A DNA stretch of 64,000 nt from Squalus acanthias (taxonomy: Eukaryota): positions 127,970,001 through 128,034,000 of the forward strand of contig CM059431.1 in the NCBI GenBank assembly GCA_030390025.1. The letters are read 5' to 3'. The notes under the pieces are model-generated. The model made no database searches, was not told where the DNA came from, and saw nothing but the letters and a program-made list of their open reading frames with translations. The translations under genes and the position numbers were made by a program. Of the stretch, positions 27,327 through 40,735 are shown one piece after another (the stretch's first letter is position 1; every line of letters begins with the position of its first letter).

Positions 27327-27727
27327 GTGTAGACTCTGGTCTTCCCAACAACTCCCATAAAAGCTGTTGTACTTCTATGTTTAAACTGAAGGGTGTGCAT
27401 TGTTGGATGGGGGAGGGGGAGGGTTTGCTGGATTGACTCAATAAATTATATGAGCGAAAAATGTAATTGGATTATCACATCATGAATTATCCTCAGTGCA
27501 GAACCATGGCTTACATCATTATATACACATTAGGTGCCAGACCAACATTTCACATTACATTATACTCTCTCAGAGAAACTGCACAATTTAAATTTGCATA
27601 AAATAAATTACAAGTAAACAACTGTACTAAATAGCACAATTAACATTTTTATAGCTATATATAAATAAACTGATTTTAATTGTTCTATTATATGTTCACT
27701 GAAACAAAGTTCATCAGATAAAACAGT

Positions 27728-28370
27728 CAAGAGAGCGATGGACATTTGTTCACTATAGTTATAGTGCTGTGTTCCCTTATCTCCCGCTCAAATCTTGATG
27801 TTTGTCCTTTGTGTAATACTGGTGCACAAAACTCCCAGCATGGGGCGATTCTTTCCTTTAATGGGTTTCGGTAGCACCTTAAACTGGCCAACTATCCGGT
27901 AATGTTTTCCCCATTGTCGAACCGGCTAGGAGTCTCCCTGACTGGTTTTGGGGCCTCCTCGAATACTGACTTAATCACCCGAGAATGGCTCTCTCATTGT
28001 AGAGCCGTGGGGGAATTTGCGTATTGATGTATCTGGATGGGCCTTCGATTGCCCAGTACAATGGTCCTTACTTGTGCATGGAAAATGATTCCAGCACTTA
28101 TATCTTTGCTATTGTGTCGAATGCAGACAGGTTGCATCCTGTCTTTATCAGTGTTTGCTGCGTATTAACCAATCTTATACTGAAATGTTTATTCGAACGC
28201 CATCTTGTCTGCCCACTGAAAATTCTGGATGCTTCTGCCACGAGGCGCGGCGGCCATTTTACAGGCTTCTGTGTCCTGTTTAATCATGACAGCATTTCGT
28301 TGAAATAAAACTGATGAAACGAATCTCCTTTATCTCGTTATTTCGAATCACGATAATTGCGAATTTTACA
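27728..28370 (-). mobile_element. Partial LTR (U3 portion) of the ERV family at 60928-64000
   Basis: Colinear with 61989-62631; homology stops at the same ...TTTACA boundary. Confidence 0.85.
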
Positions 28371-28665
28371 TCCCCCAGTCCTAGAATCCCCAACCAGCGG
28401 AAATAGTTTCTCTCTAACTACCCTATCTGTTCCCTTTAATATCTTGAAAACTTCGATCAGATCACCCCTTAACCTTCTAAATTCTAGGGAATACAACCCT
28501 AATTTGTGTAATCTCTCCTCGTAACTTAACCCTTGGAGTCCAGGTATCATTTTGGTAAACCTACGCTGCACTAATGTGTGGTGCCCAGAATTGCTCACAG
28601 TACTCCAGATGTGGTCTCACCAGGGCTTTATATAGCTGCAGCATGACTTATACTACTTGTATTCT
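28371..28665 (-). mobile_element. CR1 fragment
   Basis: LGLYSLEFRRLRGDLIEVFKI. Confidence 0.85.
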
Positions 28666-28679
28666 AAAGGCAAAATTGT

Positions 28680-28879
28680 AGGACGGCAAATTTCCTTCCC
28701 TACAGGACATTAGTGAACCAGATGGGTTTTTACAATAATCAGGTAGTTAGTTATATGGTCACCATTACTGATGCTAGCTTTTTAAAAACCAGATTTATTT
28801 TACTGAATTTAAATCCATGGTGGGATTTGAACTACTTGTCTTTGGATTACTAGTCCAGTAACATTACCACTATGCTACC
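28680..28879 (-). mobile_element. tRNA-derived head and body homologous to the 5' end of the 49482-52732 LINE
   Basis: A box TAGCATAGTGG, B box GTTCAAATC; body matches 52520-52732. Confidence 0.75.
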
Positions 28880-29329
28880 ATTCCCATCATCTCAAACTAA
28901 ACTAAATGAAAAAACAGAAAGCTTGTATATTCCTTTTATCCATGGAGATTCACCACTAACAACTTTGAAAATTTTCTGCAAAGGCAATAGACATGTGAGG
29001 CGTGAAATTGGGTATCGCCCCTTTTGGGGCGCTAAATTTTGAAATATTGAAAATTTAGCGCCAGGCGCTAAGGATTCTGAACTTCTAGTAAATTGGGTGT
29101 GAGCGCCCCAGGAAAGAAGTGGGGAGCTAAATCAAGCTCTAATGACCTCAGTGGGGCGCTACAGGGGCGTTAGCCGCTGAGCGCTAATGAATTTCAGGCG
29201 CAATGCATTCAGCTATGATCCTTCACATTGGTTCCTTCCAGCTCTTAAAGGGGAGGTTGCATCATTGTGCAGATGCTCATTTTCATCATTGCTGGCTTTG
29301 AGGTGACCTGCGAGCAAGTGAATTCCCTG

Positions 29330-31224
29330 ATGGCTATGGCTGTTCCCTCTCCCAGGGAGAAAGTTCGTCGGTTCACAGATGTGGCATTGGAGGCATTGGT
29401 GGCAGGAGTGGAGCGAAGGAGGCCAATGCTGTTCCCGGCCACTGGAAGGAGGCCATCGCCTCAGGTGTTCAGGGCAATGTGGAGGGAAGTGGCCCAGGAG
29501 GTCTCGGCCAGTAGTGTGGTGGAACGCAGCCTGACACAGTGTCGCAAGAAATTCAACGACTTCAGTCGGGTGGTCAGGGTGAGTACATGCCTCAACAGCT
29601 CCTACATACCAGCATCTGAACCTCAGTCTGTGCACACTGCACAAACAACCACACCCCCACCACTCACCCACCAAATATCTTCACCTACTCAAACTCACAT
29701 CCACATCTCATGCCTTGCCTACAATCACAGCTATTCAGTGACAGCAGGCATATCTCCCAAACACATAGCTGGACTCTGACTCAAACACATTTGTTTCTCT
29801 TGCAGGCCAAGATGGCCCACAATAGGAGGGAGCAGCAGAGAACAGGCGGGGGTGATGCACAGCTCCAGCAGCTCTCAGACCTTGAGGACGAGTGCAGTGA
29901 TTCATTGGGCAATCAGGTGGTGGACGCCGTGGCTGTCAGTGACGTCGACCCCCTTGGGAGCAACAAGGGTATGTTCATCCCCTCTCCTCTCATCCCACTT
30001 CCCCCTCTCACCACAAACCTTTCTCACTTTCCACCGCCTGAGAACGTCTGCATTCCTTGCTCCATTCCTGCCCCCCTGCCTTAACGTGACTCTTGTGCCT
30101 TTATGCTTTCAGATAATGAGCAACCAGATGACCAGCCTATCCCTGAGACCCCCACTGAGAGTAAGGAAGGAGAAGAGGAGGAGGAGCAAAGCACCATGTC
30201 ACTGCATGTCTCACCTGCAGGCACCACCTCAGATACTGGCACTACGCGATCTTTAGAGGCAAGTTTAGGAGAGGGGTCTGCACTGGTTTATGCACCGGGG
30301 ACGAGCGGGTTGCAGCAAGGAGAGGAGGAAAGGGCAGCTCGGGAGCCAGCTCCCCAGAGGGCGAGTTCGCACGTGGGTTCTGCTGCACAGGACTCAGATG
30401 AGGACCCAATGGGGAGGCGTTCACAAGAAGGGTGATGGCCATGCACACTGAGATGATAGGTGAAATGGCAAGGGTGCCTGAGAGCCTCTCAGCAATGGTA
30501 AGGAACATGGAGGAGTCTGCCTCCAATATTGCACAGAGCTCTGCGCACACCATGGAGCCCATCATTTACACTGTGCAGAGGATAGTGGACTCCCAGAGAG
30601 ACCGTGCGGATCCAGACCTCATGACGCGTGTCATGGGCGACGTGGCAGCTTCCATTGCAGCACAGGTGGAAGCGATGCAATGTCTTTGTGCTGTAATGCA
30701 GTCAATGGTTGCTGCCATCGAGTCTCAGACTGCTCTCATGCAGTCTCAGCTTGATGTCACAAAAGATCTGTCTGCTGCTATTGTTACTGGGTCCACCACA
30801 GTCCACCAGGGATCTCAAGGTGTCGCAGCAGGCCAGCAATCTGTGCTCCAGCAGATTGGGTAGGGATGCTGAGGTTCTGCCCTGGGGGAGTGGGTTAGTG
30901 GAGCAGGAACCTGCTGTCCTCTCTCAGGATGACAGCATTCCTGATCCCACCACTGCCACTCTGCCATTGCCCTTGTTGCTGCCTGTCATCCAGCCAGCCC
31001 AGACTGCTGCCGCCCAGCCTGAGGTGGTGCAGTCTACAGCCGGGCCTTCCAGGCACAGAGCTGGTCGAGGGCGTCCTGCAAGGCCATCTGTAGTCTCTGG
31101 CACCGACACTCAGCAGCCTTTCACCAGCCTTGCTGCAGCCTCTGGGGAGACACTACGTAGGAGCACTAGATTAGGAAAGGGGACTATAAAGAGGGCAAGT
31201 AAGGGTTTGCACAAAGGTGATTAG
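29330..31224 (+). pseudogene. Myb/SANT-like DNA-binding protein, 3 exons (29330-29578, 29806-29968, 30113-31224)
   Basis: RRFTDVALEALVAGVERRRPMLFP..W.EVA..V....RSLTQCRKKFND; GT-AG introns conserved in copies B and C. Confidence 0.85.
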
Positions 31225-31386
31225 TCAATATTGTTGTATATATGTGGTTAATGGTTTTTGATAAATTTATTACTGGAATGTTGCAGATTTGGTGCTGTAT
31301 CTCATTTCAGTTCTGGGGTGTGGTGTGGAATCACAAAGTGATGGAATGATGGCGATGTGCTCAGCAACCGGAAAGAGGACTCGAAG

Positions 31387-33063
31387 TCACTGGAAACAAC
31401 GTCTGATGAGGCGATCATGGACCGACCTTGCAGAATGCCGATTGAGTGGCTGCCTCCTCCGTCACTGCTGTTCGTTCTCCTGTTCCTCTTGCTCCTCGGC
31501 CTCCTCCTCCTGAGGTGGTGGAGTTATGCCTGGTGGCAATGGCTGCGCCCTCATAATGGCCAAGTTGTGCAGCATGCAGCAGACGACGACGAAAAGGGAC
31601 ACCCACTCAGCCGAGCACTGGAGGGCTCCTCCCGAGAGGTCAAGGCAGCAGAACCATTGCTTGAGCACCCCGATGATCTGCTCGATGATGTTCCTGGTGG
31701 CAGCATGGCTGTCATTATATGAGTGCTGGCTAGGAGTGTTGGGGTTGCAGAGGGGAGTCATGAGCCAGGTGGAGAACAGATAGCCCTTGTCTCCCAGTAG
31801 CCAACTGCAAGCTTGGTGTGGTGGCTGGAACAGAGCTGGTACACCGGTCTGGCACAGGATGAAGGCATCATGGCTGCTGCCAGGATAGCGAGCATTGACG
31901 TTCAGGATTCACTGTGTGTGGTCGCACACCAACTGCACATTAAGTGAGTGGTAGCCTTTGCGGTTATGGAATACCTCAGGATTGTTATGAGGTGCCCGCA
32001 AAGTGATGTGGGTGCAGTCAATGGCACCCTGCATCCTGGCAAAGCCACATGCACGCTGGCGTTGCTCTCTCTGGTCATGGGAAAAGAAATGTAGTCCCTT
32101 CTCCTTCTGTACAGAGCATCTGTGACCTCGCGGATGGAGCAATGGATGGCAAACTGGGAGATGTTGGAGATGTCTCCTGTCGCACAATAGAATGATCCTT
32201 GTGCATGAAACACAAAAAGTTAGCATGCAGGTACAGCAAGTAATCAAAAAGGCAATTGGAATGTTGGCCTTTATTTCAATGGGGTTGGAGTATAAAAACA
32301 GGGAAATCCTGCTACAACTGTACAGGGTATTGGTGAGACCACACCTTGAGTACTGTGTACAGTTTTGGTCTCCTAATTTAAGGAAGGATATACTTGCATT
32401 GGAGGCAGTTCAGAGACGATTCAGTAGGTTAATTCCAGAGATGAGGGGGTTGACTTATGAGGAAGGTTTGAGCAGGCTGGGCCTATACTCATTGGAATTT
32501 AGAAGAATGAGAGGTGATCTTATTGAAACACATAAGATACTGAGGGGGCTCGACAAGGTAGATGCAGAGAGGATGTTTCCCCTCGTGGGGAAATCTGGAA
32601 CGCGGGGGAACAGTTTTAGAATAAAGGGTCGCCCTTTTAGAACTGAGATGAGGAGGAATTTCTTCTCTCAGAGGGTCGTAAATCTGTGGAATTCTCTGCC
32701 CCAGAGAGCTGTGGAGGCTGGGTCATTAAATACATTTAAGGTGGAGATAGACAGATAATTGCAAGATAAGGGAGTGAAGGGTTATGGGGAGCGGGCGGGA
32801 AGTGGCTTTGAGCCCAAGATCAGCCATGTTCTTATGTTCTTATGATCCACTGGCATAGAAATTGAGGGTGACGGTGACCTTGACTGCCACTGAGAGAGCC
32901 GTGGTTGTCCTGATCTGAGGCTCGAAGTCTTGTTGCAGGAGGTGACAGAGTTCTGTGACCATGTCCTTGCTGAAGCGGAGCCTTCTAACACACAGTGAAA
33001 TTCATGTAGGAGATCTGCTGCCGGAATACCGAGGGTGAGGTCCAGTTCCAGTACAGCCCCCAT
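31387..33063 (-). pseudogene. Harbinger DDE transposase interrupted by CR1
   Basis: MGAVL start; GAIDCTH, NRKGYHSLNVQLVCD, TRNIIEQIIGVLK, CCMLHNL. Confidence 0.9.
32199..32841 (+). mobile_element. CR1 3' fragment
   Basis: ORF 32192-32758; TSD ATGATCC at 32192-32198 and 32842-32848. Confidence 0.92.
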
Positions 33064-33724
33064 GAAAGGTTCCAAATATTGCACTTTCAAAACTCTCCTC
33101 AATGAAACGGAAGAATCTTTATGCGCCAGAACACACATAAAAATACAAAACGCTGCAATCGTTCAAAAGGCCTCTTTGCCTAGGTGAAACTGACAAGGCA
33201 GCATTGTTGGCTGACGAAAACTAAACTGGATGTGGATGCCTTTAAATAGCGCTCCTCCAGGGGACATCCGACTGAAAGCCGCCTCCTCTACCTGTCGTTG
33301 TTAATGGCAGGCGCACAAGCAGGGGGGCGAGAAGGAATCTTTCATCTGGGGCGCTATCGGGGGTGTTGCGCACGGCAATGACATCACGATCTCCGGGCGC
33401 AGGAGATCGGGGCGCAACGTCTCACTACCGCCGCAAAACTCCCGCCGAATTTAGCAGGAGGCGTTGATATCACCGCGCCCGGTCACAAACCCATTTGTTA
33501 GTGACCCCTGAGGCGCTAACGGAAGGTGCAAAGGAGCCCAATTTCTAGCCTGTGGAAAATGATTGATGTGGTCAGTACAAATGGGTTCAAGATTTAATCA
33601 GACATATATTTGAAGAGAGAAGGAATTAAGGGCTATGAGTCTGGAATTTATTCTGAGTATGAATGTTAGCACACTTATATCAAATTCATCTCTCCAGTAA
33701 TTTGAATAGGCTAACACCTCTATT

Positions 33725-34835
33725 AAAATAGTGGAGAGAGAAATTGGATGCAAGTGTACCACCCCACCAGCCTCCACAGCCAACGGATCGTCCTCTGCCA
33801 GTTGCACCACCTCCAGTGTGATGCCATCACCAAACACATCTTCCCCTCCCCTCCCCTTTCAGTATCTGAAGGGACCGTTTCCTTCAATTACTGTCAGCCA
33901 TGACTCAGTTGGTAGCACCCTCGCCTCTGAGTCAGATAGGTCATGGGTTCAAGTGCCACTCCGAAGACTTGAGCACATAAAGCTAAGCTGACACTCCCAT
34001 GCAGTACTGAGGGAATGCTGCACTGTTGGAGGTGCCGTCTTTTGGATGATTTGTTAAACTGAGGCCTGTCTGCTCTCTCAGGTGGACGTAAAAGATCCTA
34101 CGGCACTATTTCAAAGAAGAGCAGGGGAGTTATCCCCGGTGTCCTGGCCAATATTTATCCCTCAATCAACATCAATAAATCCGATTATCTGGTCATTATC
34201 ACATTGCTGCTTGTGGGAGCTTGCTGTGCACAGATTGGTTGCTGCATTTCCCATATTACAACAGTGACTACACTTCAAAAAGTACCTCATTGGCAGTAAA
34301 GTGCTTTGGGATGTCCGGTGGTCGTGAAAGGCGCTATATAAATGCAAGTCTTTCTTTTTCCTGCACTGTTCTAATGAAGCTCAACGGAAGCTCGAGGAAC
34401 AGCACCTCATCTTTCGATTAGGCACTTCACATCCTTCCAGACTCAACATTGGGTTCAACAATTTCAGATCATAACTACTGCTCCCATTTTTTCGGACAGC
34501 AGGTGTTGGTTGTGGTTCTGCTGTTGCCATTTTCAGCTCCTCCAGAAACATCTTTTCTTTCTTTACTTGTCCCAGTACCACCCCCTTTCGCCTTGCACGA
34601 TCATCCCCTTTTGTCACTCAATCTCTCCTGCCTTCCACCCTATCACAGACCTTCCCTTTTGTTCTTTCCTCCCCTCCCCCTTTTCCCTGCCTCTGTACTC
34701 GCTTAAAACCTGTTTCATCTCTAACTTTTGCCGATTCTGACAAAAGGTCTTCAACCTGAAAGGTTAACTTTGTTTCTCACTGCACAGATCCTGCCTGACC
34801 TGCTGAATATTTCCAGCATTTTCTGTTTTTATTTC
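33725..34835 (+). mobile_element. Older Penelope-like element 3' part, split by a SINE
   Basis: RKLEEQHLIFRLGT..P..LN C-terminus; degenerate hammerhead CTGACAA..GAAA at 34737-34768. Confidence 0.65.
33892..34358 (+). mobile_element. Deu-domain SINE (SacSINE1-like)
   Basis: A box TGACTCAGTTGG, B box GGTTCAAGT, Deu core (AAGATCC..GGCACTATTT..CCCCGGTGTCCTGGCCAA), L2 tail. Confidence 0.85.
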
Positions 34836-35082
34836 TCTGGTATACATATTGTATCACAAAGATTTAGCAATTTTGAAACTCAGTGATTAACTTTCTATCA
34901 CACAAAGAATTGTGTTTTCAACTACAACAGGCTGGTCGTGCCTAACTTAATCACTCTTGGATCCTCAACAGACTAATGTATTCATTACTTTACAGACCTT
35001 TGTGCCCTGAAGGAACTAGTTCAGTGTGACAAAGTAGGGCTGTCCACTTAATCAACTATCAATTGATTTGTTTTGACCATAC

Positions 35083-35189
35083 CTCAGAGTTGATGCATTG
35101 CTGCAGTGGGTTGGTATTGTCAGCTGGTGGTTGAATACTAACCATCTGTTTTTGTTCACTGGTATTGATTCAATGGTGCAATAGCTTTC
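35083..35189 (-). CDS. Candidate host exon (ESYCTIESIPVNKNRWLVFNHQLTIPTHCSNASTL)
   Basis: ctttccag| ... AG|gtatgg; 107 nt, only one open frame (phase 0 to 2); unique sequence. Confidence 0.45.
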
Positions 35190-36079
35190 CTGGAAAGTCT
35201 AGACCAATCGTCAGGTACATTGAAAGACCAGTGTTATCTAAAAAACTATATCATGGTCTGAACAAATGTAGCATGTTTGTACCAATAATAGGAAATCTTT
35301 CAACAAATTTAAATCCTTGGGTTCGGCATGAAATTAGTTTAAGCACTTTCAAACCATTATCACATTGGTGTGGACTGACAGCAGAAATCTGCCCTAATAT
35401 GGCATGAATTAAATTAAGTCATTAGCTTGAGAGAAGCCACAGAGATGGTTCACTTACAAAATAGAAATATTACACTTATATAGGATATTTTCTCCTGAGT
35501 TCAAGGCTAAGGTATATTATTAGGGAGCTGTGCTGTGCTGATGCAGTGAAGCAATTTCTTAAAATAATATAACATTGTCATAATTGTGTCATATTTTATC
35601 AGCTTGTAAAGAACTGTTAATAGTATATTTAGTAAAATCAAAAATTGCATTAGTAGATGGCATAGTCTGTGGGCAAAATATTATTTAAGGACAATAGATT
35701 AAGAAGTCAATAAAATAGTCAGGTGAATGTGAAAGCCTATGAGGGAACTGATACTTATGCACAGTTTATTTTTAATATTTACAAAGGATTTTCTTTTACA
35801 GTATTCAGGCATGGTTAACCATATAACTTTCAATTTCTGCATTTTTGCAGTTCTCAGTTGCTAAAAGCAAATTGGAGGTACTTCAAGTAGATACTTGAAG
35901 CAACACCGGAAGAGTTGCCATTGAACTGATGCCCCATTGTTTATCATCACAAACTACATGATATAGTTAGCAATCAGCTCAAAAAAGACATTGCCATCCA
36001 TATTATATATGCAATAAGGGGTTAAACTGACCAGTGTTCAGAGCACCTTTGGAGTATAAATCTTTCTGACATACACATG

Positions 36080-36426
36080 ACATGACGGGTTTGGAAAAGG
36101 TAGACAGAGAAAGCTTGTTCCCATTAGTTGATGGTACAAGGACTAGGGGACACAGATTTAAGGTTTTGGGCAAGAGATACAAGGGGGATGTGAAGAAGAA
36201 CTTTTTATGCAGTGAGTGGTGATGACCTGGAAGTCGCTGCCAACGCAGGTGGTGGAAGCGGAGAAGACCAATGATTTCAAAAGGAAATTGGATAGGCACT
36301 TGAAGGAAATAAACTTGCAGGGCTACAGGGATAGAGCGGGGGAATGGGACTGACTGGATTGCTCTACAGAGAGCCGGCATGGACTCGATTGGGCGAGTGG
36401 CCTCCTTCTGTGCGTAATGACTCTAT
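36080..36426 (+). mobile_element. CR1 3' fragment whose tail is the target of Harbinger copy B
   Basis: Tail atgactctat continues as tatgactgtatg after 43778. Confidence 0.85.
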
Positions 36427-37014
36427 GGGGGAAAAATTCGGTTGGTTAGTGCCTCCTGTTAGCGCCTCCGGGGGGCGCTAACGGGGCGCTAACGACTTAC
36501 CGCTCGAGTGAGGCGATTTTAGCGCCGCCTGCGAAATTGACCTGCCGGTTTGCGGTGGTGCTAAACACTACCACCATGAACTCCTGCGCCCGGAGATCGT
36601 GACGTCCTGCTTTTTCCTGTCGGCAAAATATTCTGCATACACAGGTTAAGAGAGGGAGAGAGGCATCTGGAGACATTTAACGCTATCCTACAAGGAGTTT
36701 TGTTCCTCAGCAAGACTTTTCAGGTTCCTATTTCTGTCAGCTTTATTACTACCATAATTAGAAGATTAAATGGGGGCTGTACTAGCACAGGGCCTCGTCC
36801 TCCAGCTTCACCGTCGGAGGCAGCGGAGAGAGAGAGTGGAAAACGTGGCCAGAGGGAAGAGGGCCATGAGGGCTCTGCACAGGAGACCTTACCCTCCCAG
36901 GGTATTTCGGGAGCAATTCTCATATATCCATCTGTCTGAGGAGCAGTGTATTAAAAGGCTCCGCTTCACCAAGGAGGAGGTCACAGAGATCTGCCACCTA
37001 CTGCAACCAGAGCT

Positions 37015-37290
37015 CGATCTTGAATATACCCAATGACTGAGCCTCCACAGCCCTCTGGGGTAGAGAATTCCAAAGATTCACCACCCTCTGTGTGAAGAAA
37101 TTTCTTCTCATCTCAGTCCTAAATGGCCGACCCCTTATTCTGAGACTGTGACCCCTGGTTCTAGACTCCCCAGCCAGGGGAAACATCCTCCCTGCATCTA
37201 CCCTGTCAAGCCCTGTAAGAATTTTGTATGTTTCAATGAGATCACCTCTCATTCTTCTAAACTCTAGAGAATATAGGCCTAGTCTACTCT
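37015..37290 (-). mobile_element. Tail-less internal CR1 fragment
   Basis: Near-identical to ~37760-38035. Confidence 0.85.
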
Positions 37291-37599
37291 AGCTCAGCTC
37301 AAGACCAGGACGTCTCTGTCGGTGGCAGTGAAGGTGACAGTAGCTCTTCATTTCTGCGCCAGCGGTTCCTTCCAGGCTTCCACAGGGGATATTGCAAACA
37401 TCTCCCAGTTCGCCGTCCATTGTTGCATCCGGGAGGTCACAAATGCTCTATACCAAAGGAGAAGGGAGTACATCTCATTCCCTATGACCCGGGACAAACA
37501 GAGTGAACGCGTATGTGGCTTCGCTAGAAAAGCGGGCTTCCCCATGGTTCAGGATGCCATTGATTGCACGCACGTGGCATTGCGGGCACCTCATGATAC

Positions 37600-39822
37600 A
37601 TAAGAACATAAGAAATAGGAGCAGGAGTTGGCCTTTTGGCCCTTTGAGCCTGCTCTGCCATTCAATAAAATCATGGCTCATCTTCTACCTCATCTCCACT
37701 TTCCTGCACTATCCCCATATCCCTTGATTACTTTAATATTCAAAAATCTATCAATCTCTATCTTGAATATACTCAACGACTGAGCCTCCACAGTCCTTTG
37801 GGGTAGAGAATTCCAAAGATTCACCCCCCTCTGAGTGAAGAAATTTCTTCTCATCTCAGTCCTAAATGGCCGACCGCTTATTCTGAGACTGTGACCCCTG
37901 GTTCTAGACTCCCCAGCCAGGGGAAACATCCTCCCTGCATCTACCCTGTCAAGCCCTGTAAGAATTTTGTATGTTTCAATGAGATCACCTCTCATTCTTC
38001 TAAACTCTAGAGAATATAGGCCCAGTCTACTCAATCTCTCCTCATAGGACAATCCCCCATCCCAGGAACCAGTCTGGTGAACCTTTGTTGCACTCCCTCT
38101 ATGGCAAGTATATCCTTCCTTAGGTAAGGAGACCAAAACTGTACACAATATTCCAGGTGTGGTCTCACCAGGGCCCTTATAATTGCAGTAAGAAGTCTTT
38201 ACTCTTATTCTCAAATCCTCTTGTAATAAAGGCCAACATACCATTTGCTTTCCTAATTGCTTGCTGTACCTGCATGTTAACTTTCAATGATTTGTGTACA
38301 AGGACACTCAGGTCCCTCTGAACATCAACATTTCCCAATCTCTCACCATTTAAAAAATACTCTGCTTTTCTAGTTTTCCTACCAAAGTGGATATCTTCAC
38401 ATTTCTCCACATTATATTCCATTTGCCATGTTCTTGCCCACTCACTTAGCCTGTCTATATCCCCTTGAAGCCTCCTTGCATCCTCCTCACAACTTACATT
38501 CCAACCCAGCTTTGTATCATCAGCAAACTTGGATATAATACATTTGATCCCCTCATCCAAATCATTGATGTAGATTGTGAATAGCTGAGGCCCAAGCACT
38601 GATCCTTGCGGTACCCCACTTGTTACAGCCTGCCAACCCGAAAAGGACCCATTTATTCCTACTCTCTGTTTTCTGTCCGTTAACCAATCCTCAATCCATG
38701 CTAGTATAATACCCCCAACCCATGAGCCCTAATTTTGTTTAATAACCTCTTGTATGGCACCTTATCGAATGCCTTCTGAAAATCCAAATACACCACATCT
38801 ACTGGTTCCCTCTTATCTATTCTACTAGTTACAACCTCAAAAAATTATAACAGATTTGTCAAGCACGATTTCCCTTTCATAAATCCGTGTTGACTCTGTC
38901 CAATCCTATTATTATTTTCTAAGTGCCCTGTTACCACGTCCTTAATTTTCCCTACTACTGATGTCAGGCTAACTGGTCTGTAGTTCCCCGTTTTCTCTCT
39001 CCCTCCTTTCTTAAATAGTGGGGTTACATTTGCTCCCTTCCAATCCACAAGAACATTTTGGAAAATGACAACCAATGCATCCACTGTCTCTATAGCCAAC
39101 TCTTTCAAAACCCTAGGATGTAGTCCATCAGGTTCAGGGGATTTATTGGCTTTCAGTCCCATTAATTTCTCCAGTACTACTTTTTTACTAATACTAATTT
39201 CTTTCAGTTCCTCATTCTCGCTAGACCCTTGGAACCTCACTATTTCCGGGAAGTCTTTTGCATCTTCTTCCGTGAAGACAGACTCAAAGTATTTGTTTAA
39301 TTTCTCAGCCATTTCCTTATTCCCCATTATAAGTTCTCCTGTCTCAGCCTGTAAGGGACCCACATTTACTTTCACTAATCTTTTCCTTTTTACATAGCTA
39401 TAGAAGCTTTTACATTCTGTTTTTATGTCTCTCGCTAGTTTACTCTCATATTTTATTCTCCCTTTCTTTATCAATTTCTTGGTCCTCCTTTGCTGAATTC
39501 TAAAATCCTCCCAATCCTCAGGCTTACTACTCTTTTAGGCAGCATGATAAGCCTCTTCCTTTGATGTAATACTATCTTTAACTTCTCTTGTTAGCCACGG
39601 TTGGACCACTTTTCCAGTGGGGTTTTTGTGCCTTAAAGGAATGTATATTTGTTGTAAATTATGTATTAATTCTTTAAATGCTCACCATTGCTCGTCCACT
39701 CTCATACCTTTTAATGTAGTTTCCCAATCTACCTTAGCCAACTCACCCCTCATACCTACGTAGTTTGCATTGTTTAGATTTAAGACCCTAGTTTCGGATT
39801 TAACTAAATCACTTTCAAACTC
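37600..39822 (-). mobile_element. CR1 LINE, 5'-truncated
   Basis: RT ORFs 38177-38599, 38845-39474; (CTTATGTT)n tail. Confidence 0.95.
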
Positions 39823-40735
39823 AAAATGCAGAGGTTTTCCTCAATCGCAAAGGCTTCCACTCTCTCAACATCCAGTTGGTTTGCGACCATAGACAGCGCA
39901 TCCTCGCCGTGAATGCCCGCTATCCTGGCAGCTGCCACGATGCATTCATCCTGCGCCAGACTGGTGTCCCAGCAATTTTCCAACCACCGCATCAAGCTCG
40001 CGACTGGCTCCTCGGGGACAAGGGTTATCCACTCTGCACCTGACTGATGACACTGCTCTGTAACCCCAACACTCCTGATGAGCTCGCATACAATGAGAGC
40101 CATAGTGCCACTAGGAACCTCATTGAACAGCGTGCTGAAGCAACGGTTCCAGTATCTTGACCACTCTGGAGGAGCCCTGCAGTACTCCCCCGATCGAGTA
40201 TTGGTTTTCATTGTTGTGTGCTGCATGCTGCACAACCTCCCCATTCTGAGGACCCAGCCATTGCCACCAGGGATTGGTGGACCACATCAGGAGGAGGAAG
40301 AGGGAGAGGAGGAGGAGAAGGATAAAGAGGAGGATGAAGAGGAGGATGAGCAGCAACAATGTGGGAGGGAGGTGCTCAATGTTGCTTCTGCACTGGCCGT
40401 TCGTGAATGCCCGATAAGACACCGCTTCTGATGAATGACAGATAAACTAGCTTTTGGGATGAACAAGCACATCATTACAGTCATCCCACAGCCCCAATTA
40501 CCGGGCAAAGCTCCAATGAGTAAAATGAGCAAAGTTGTAACATTTCAATAAAAAAATGTACTTTTTGTGAACAACTGTGTCTTATTAAGCACAACGAATA
40601 ACAAACAAATACAACAATTCATTAACAAATACAACGGGTTCTTATCACATCGAGATAAGTCTTAACAAAGTGAACAATATATTGACATACACATCCAATT
40701 TTGGGACAAACATTCCCCCATTTGTTAGAGCAGTT

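Larger units (their letters stand above)
28998..33551. mobile_element. Complete two-gene PIF/Harbinger transposon (copy A)
   Basis: TIR AGGCGTGAAATTGGG / CCCAATTTCTAGCCT; TSD GTG; convergent Myb (+) and transposase (-) genes. Confidence 0.9.
36770..40431 (+). pseudogene. Harbinger transposase split by two CR1 insertions
   Basis: MGAVL start, [52 protein letters not shown]. Confidence 0.9.
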
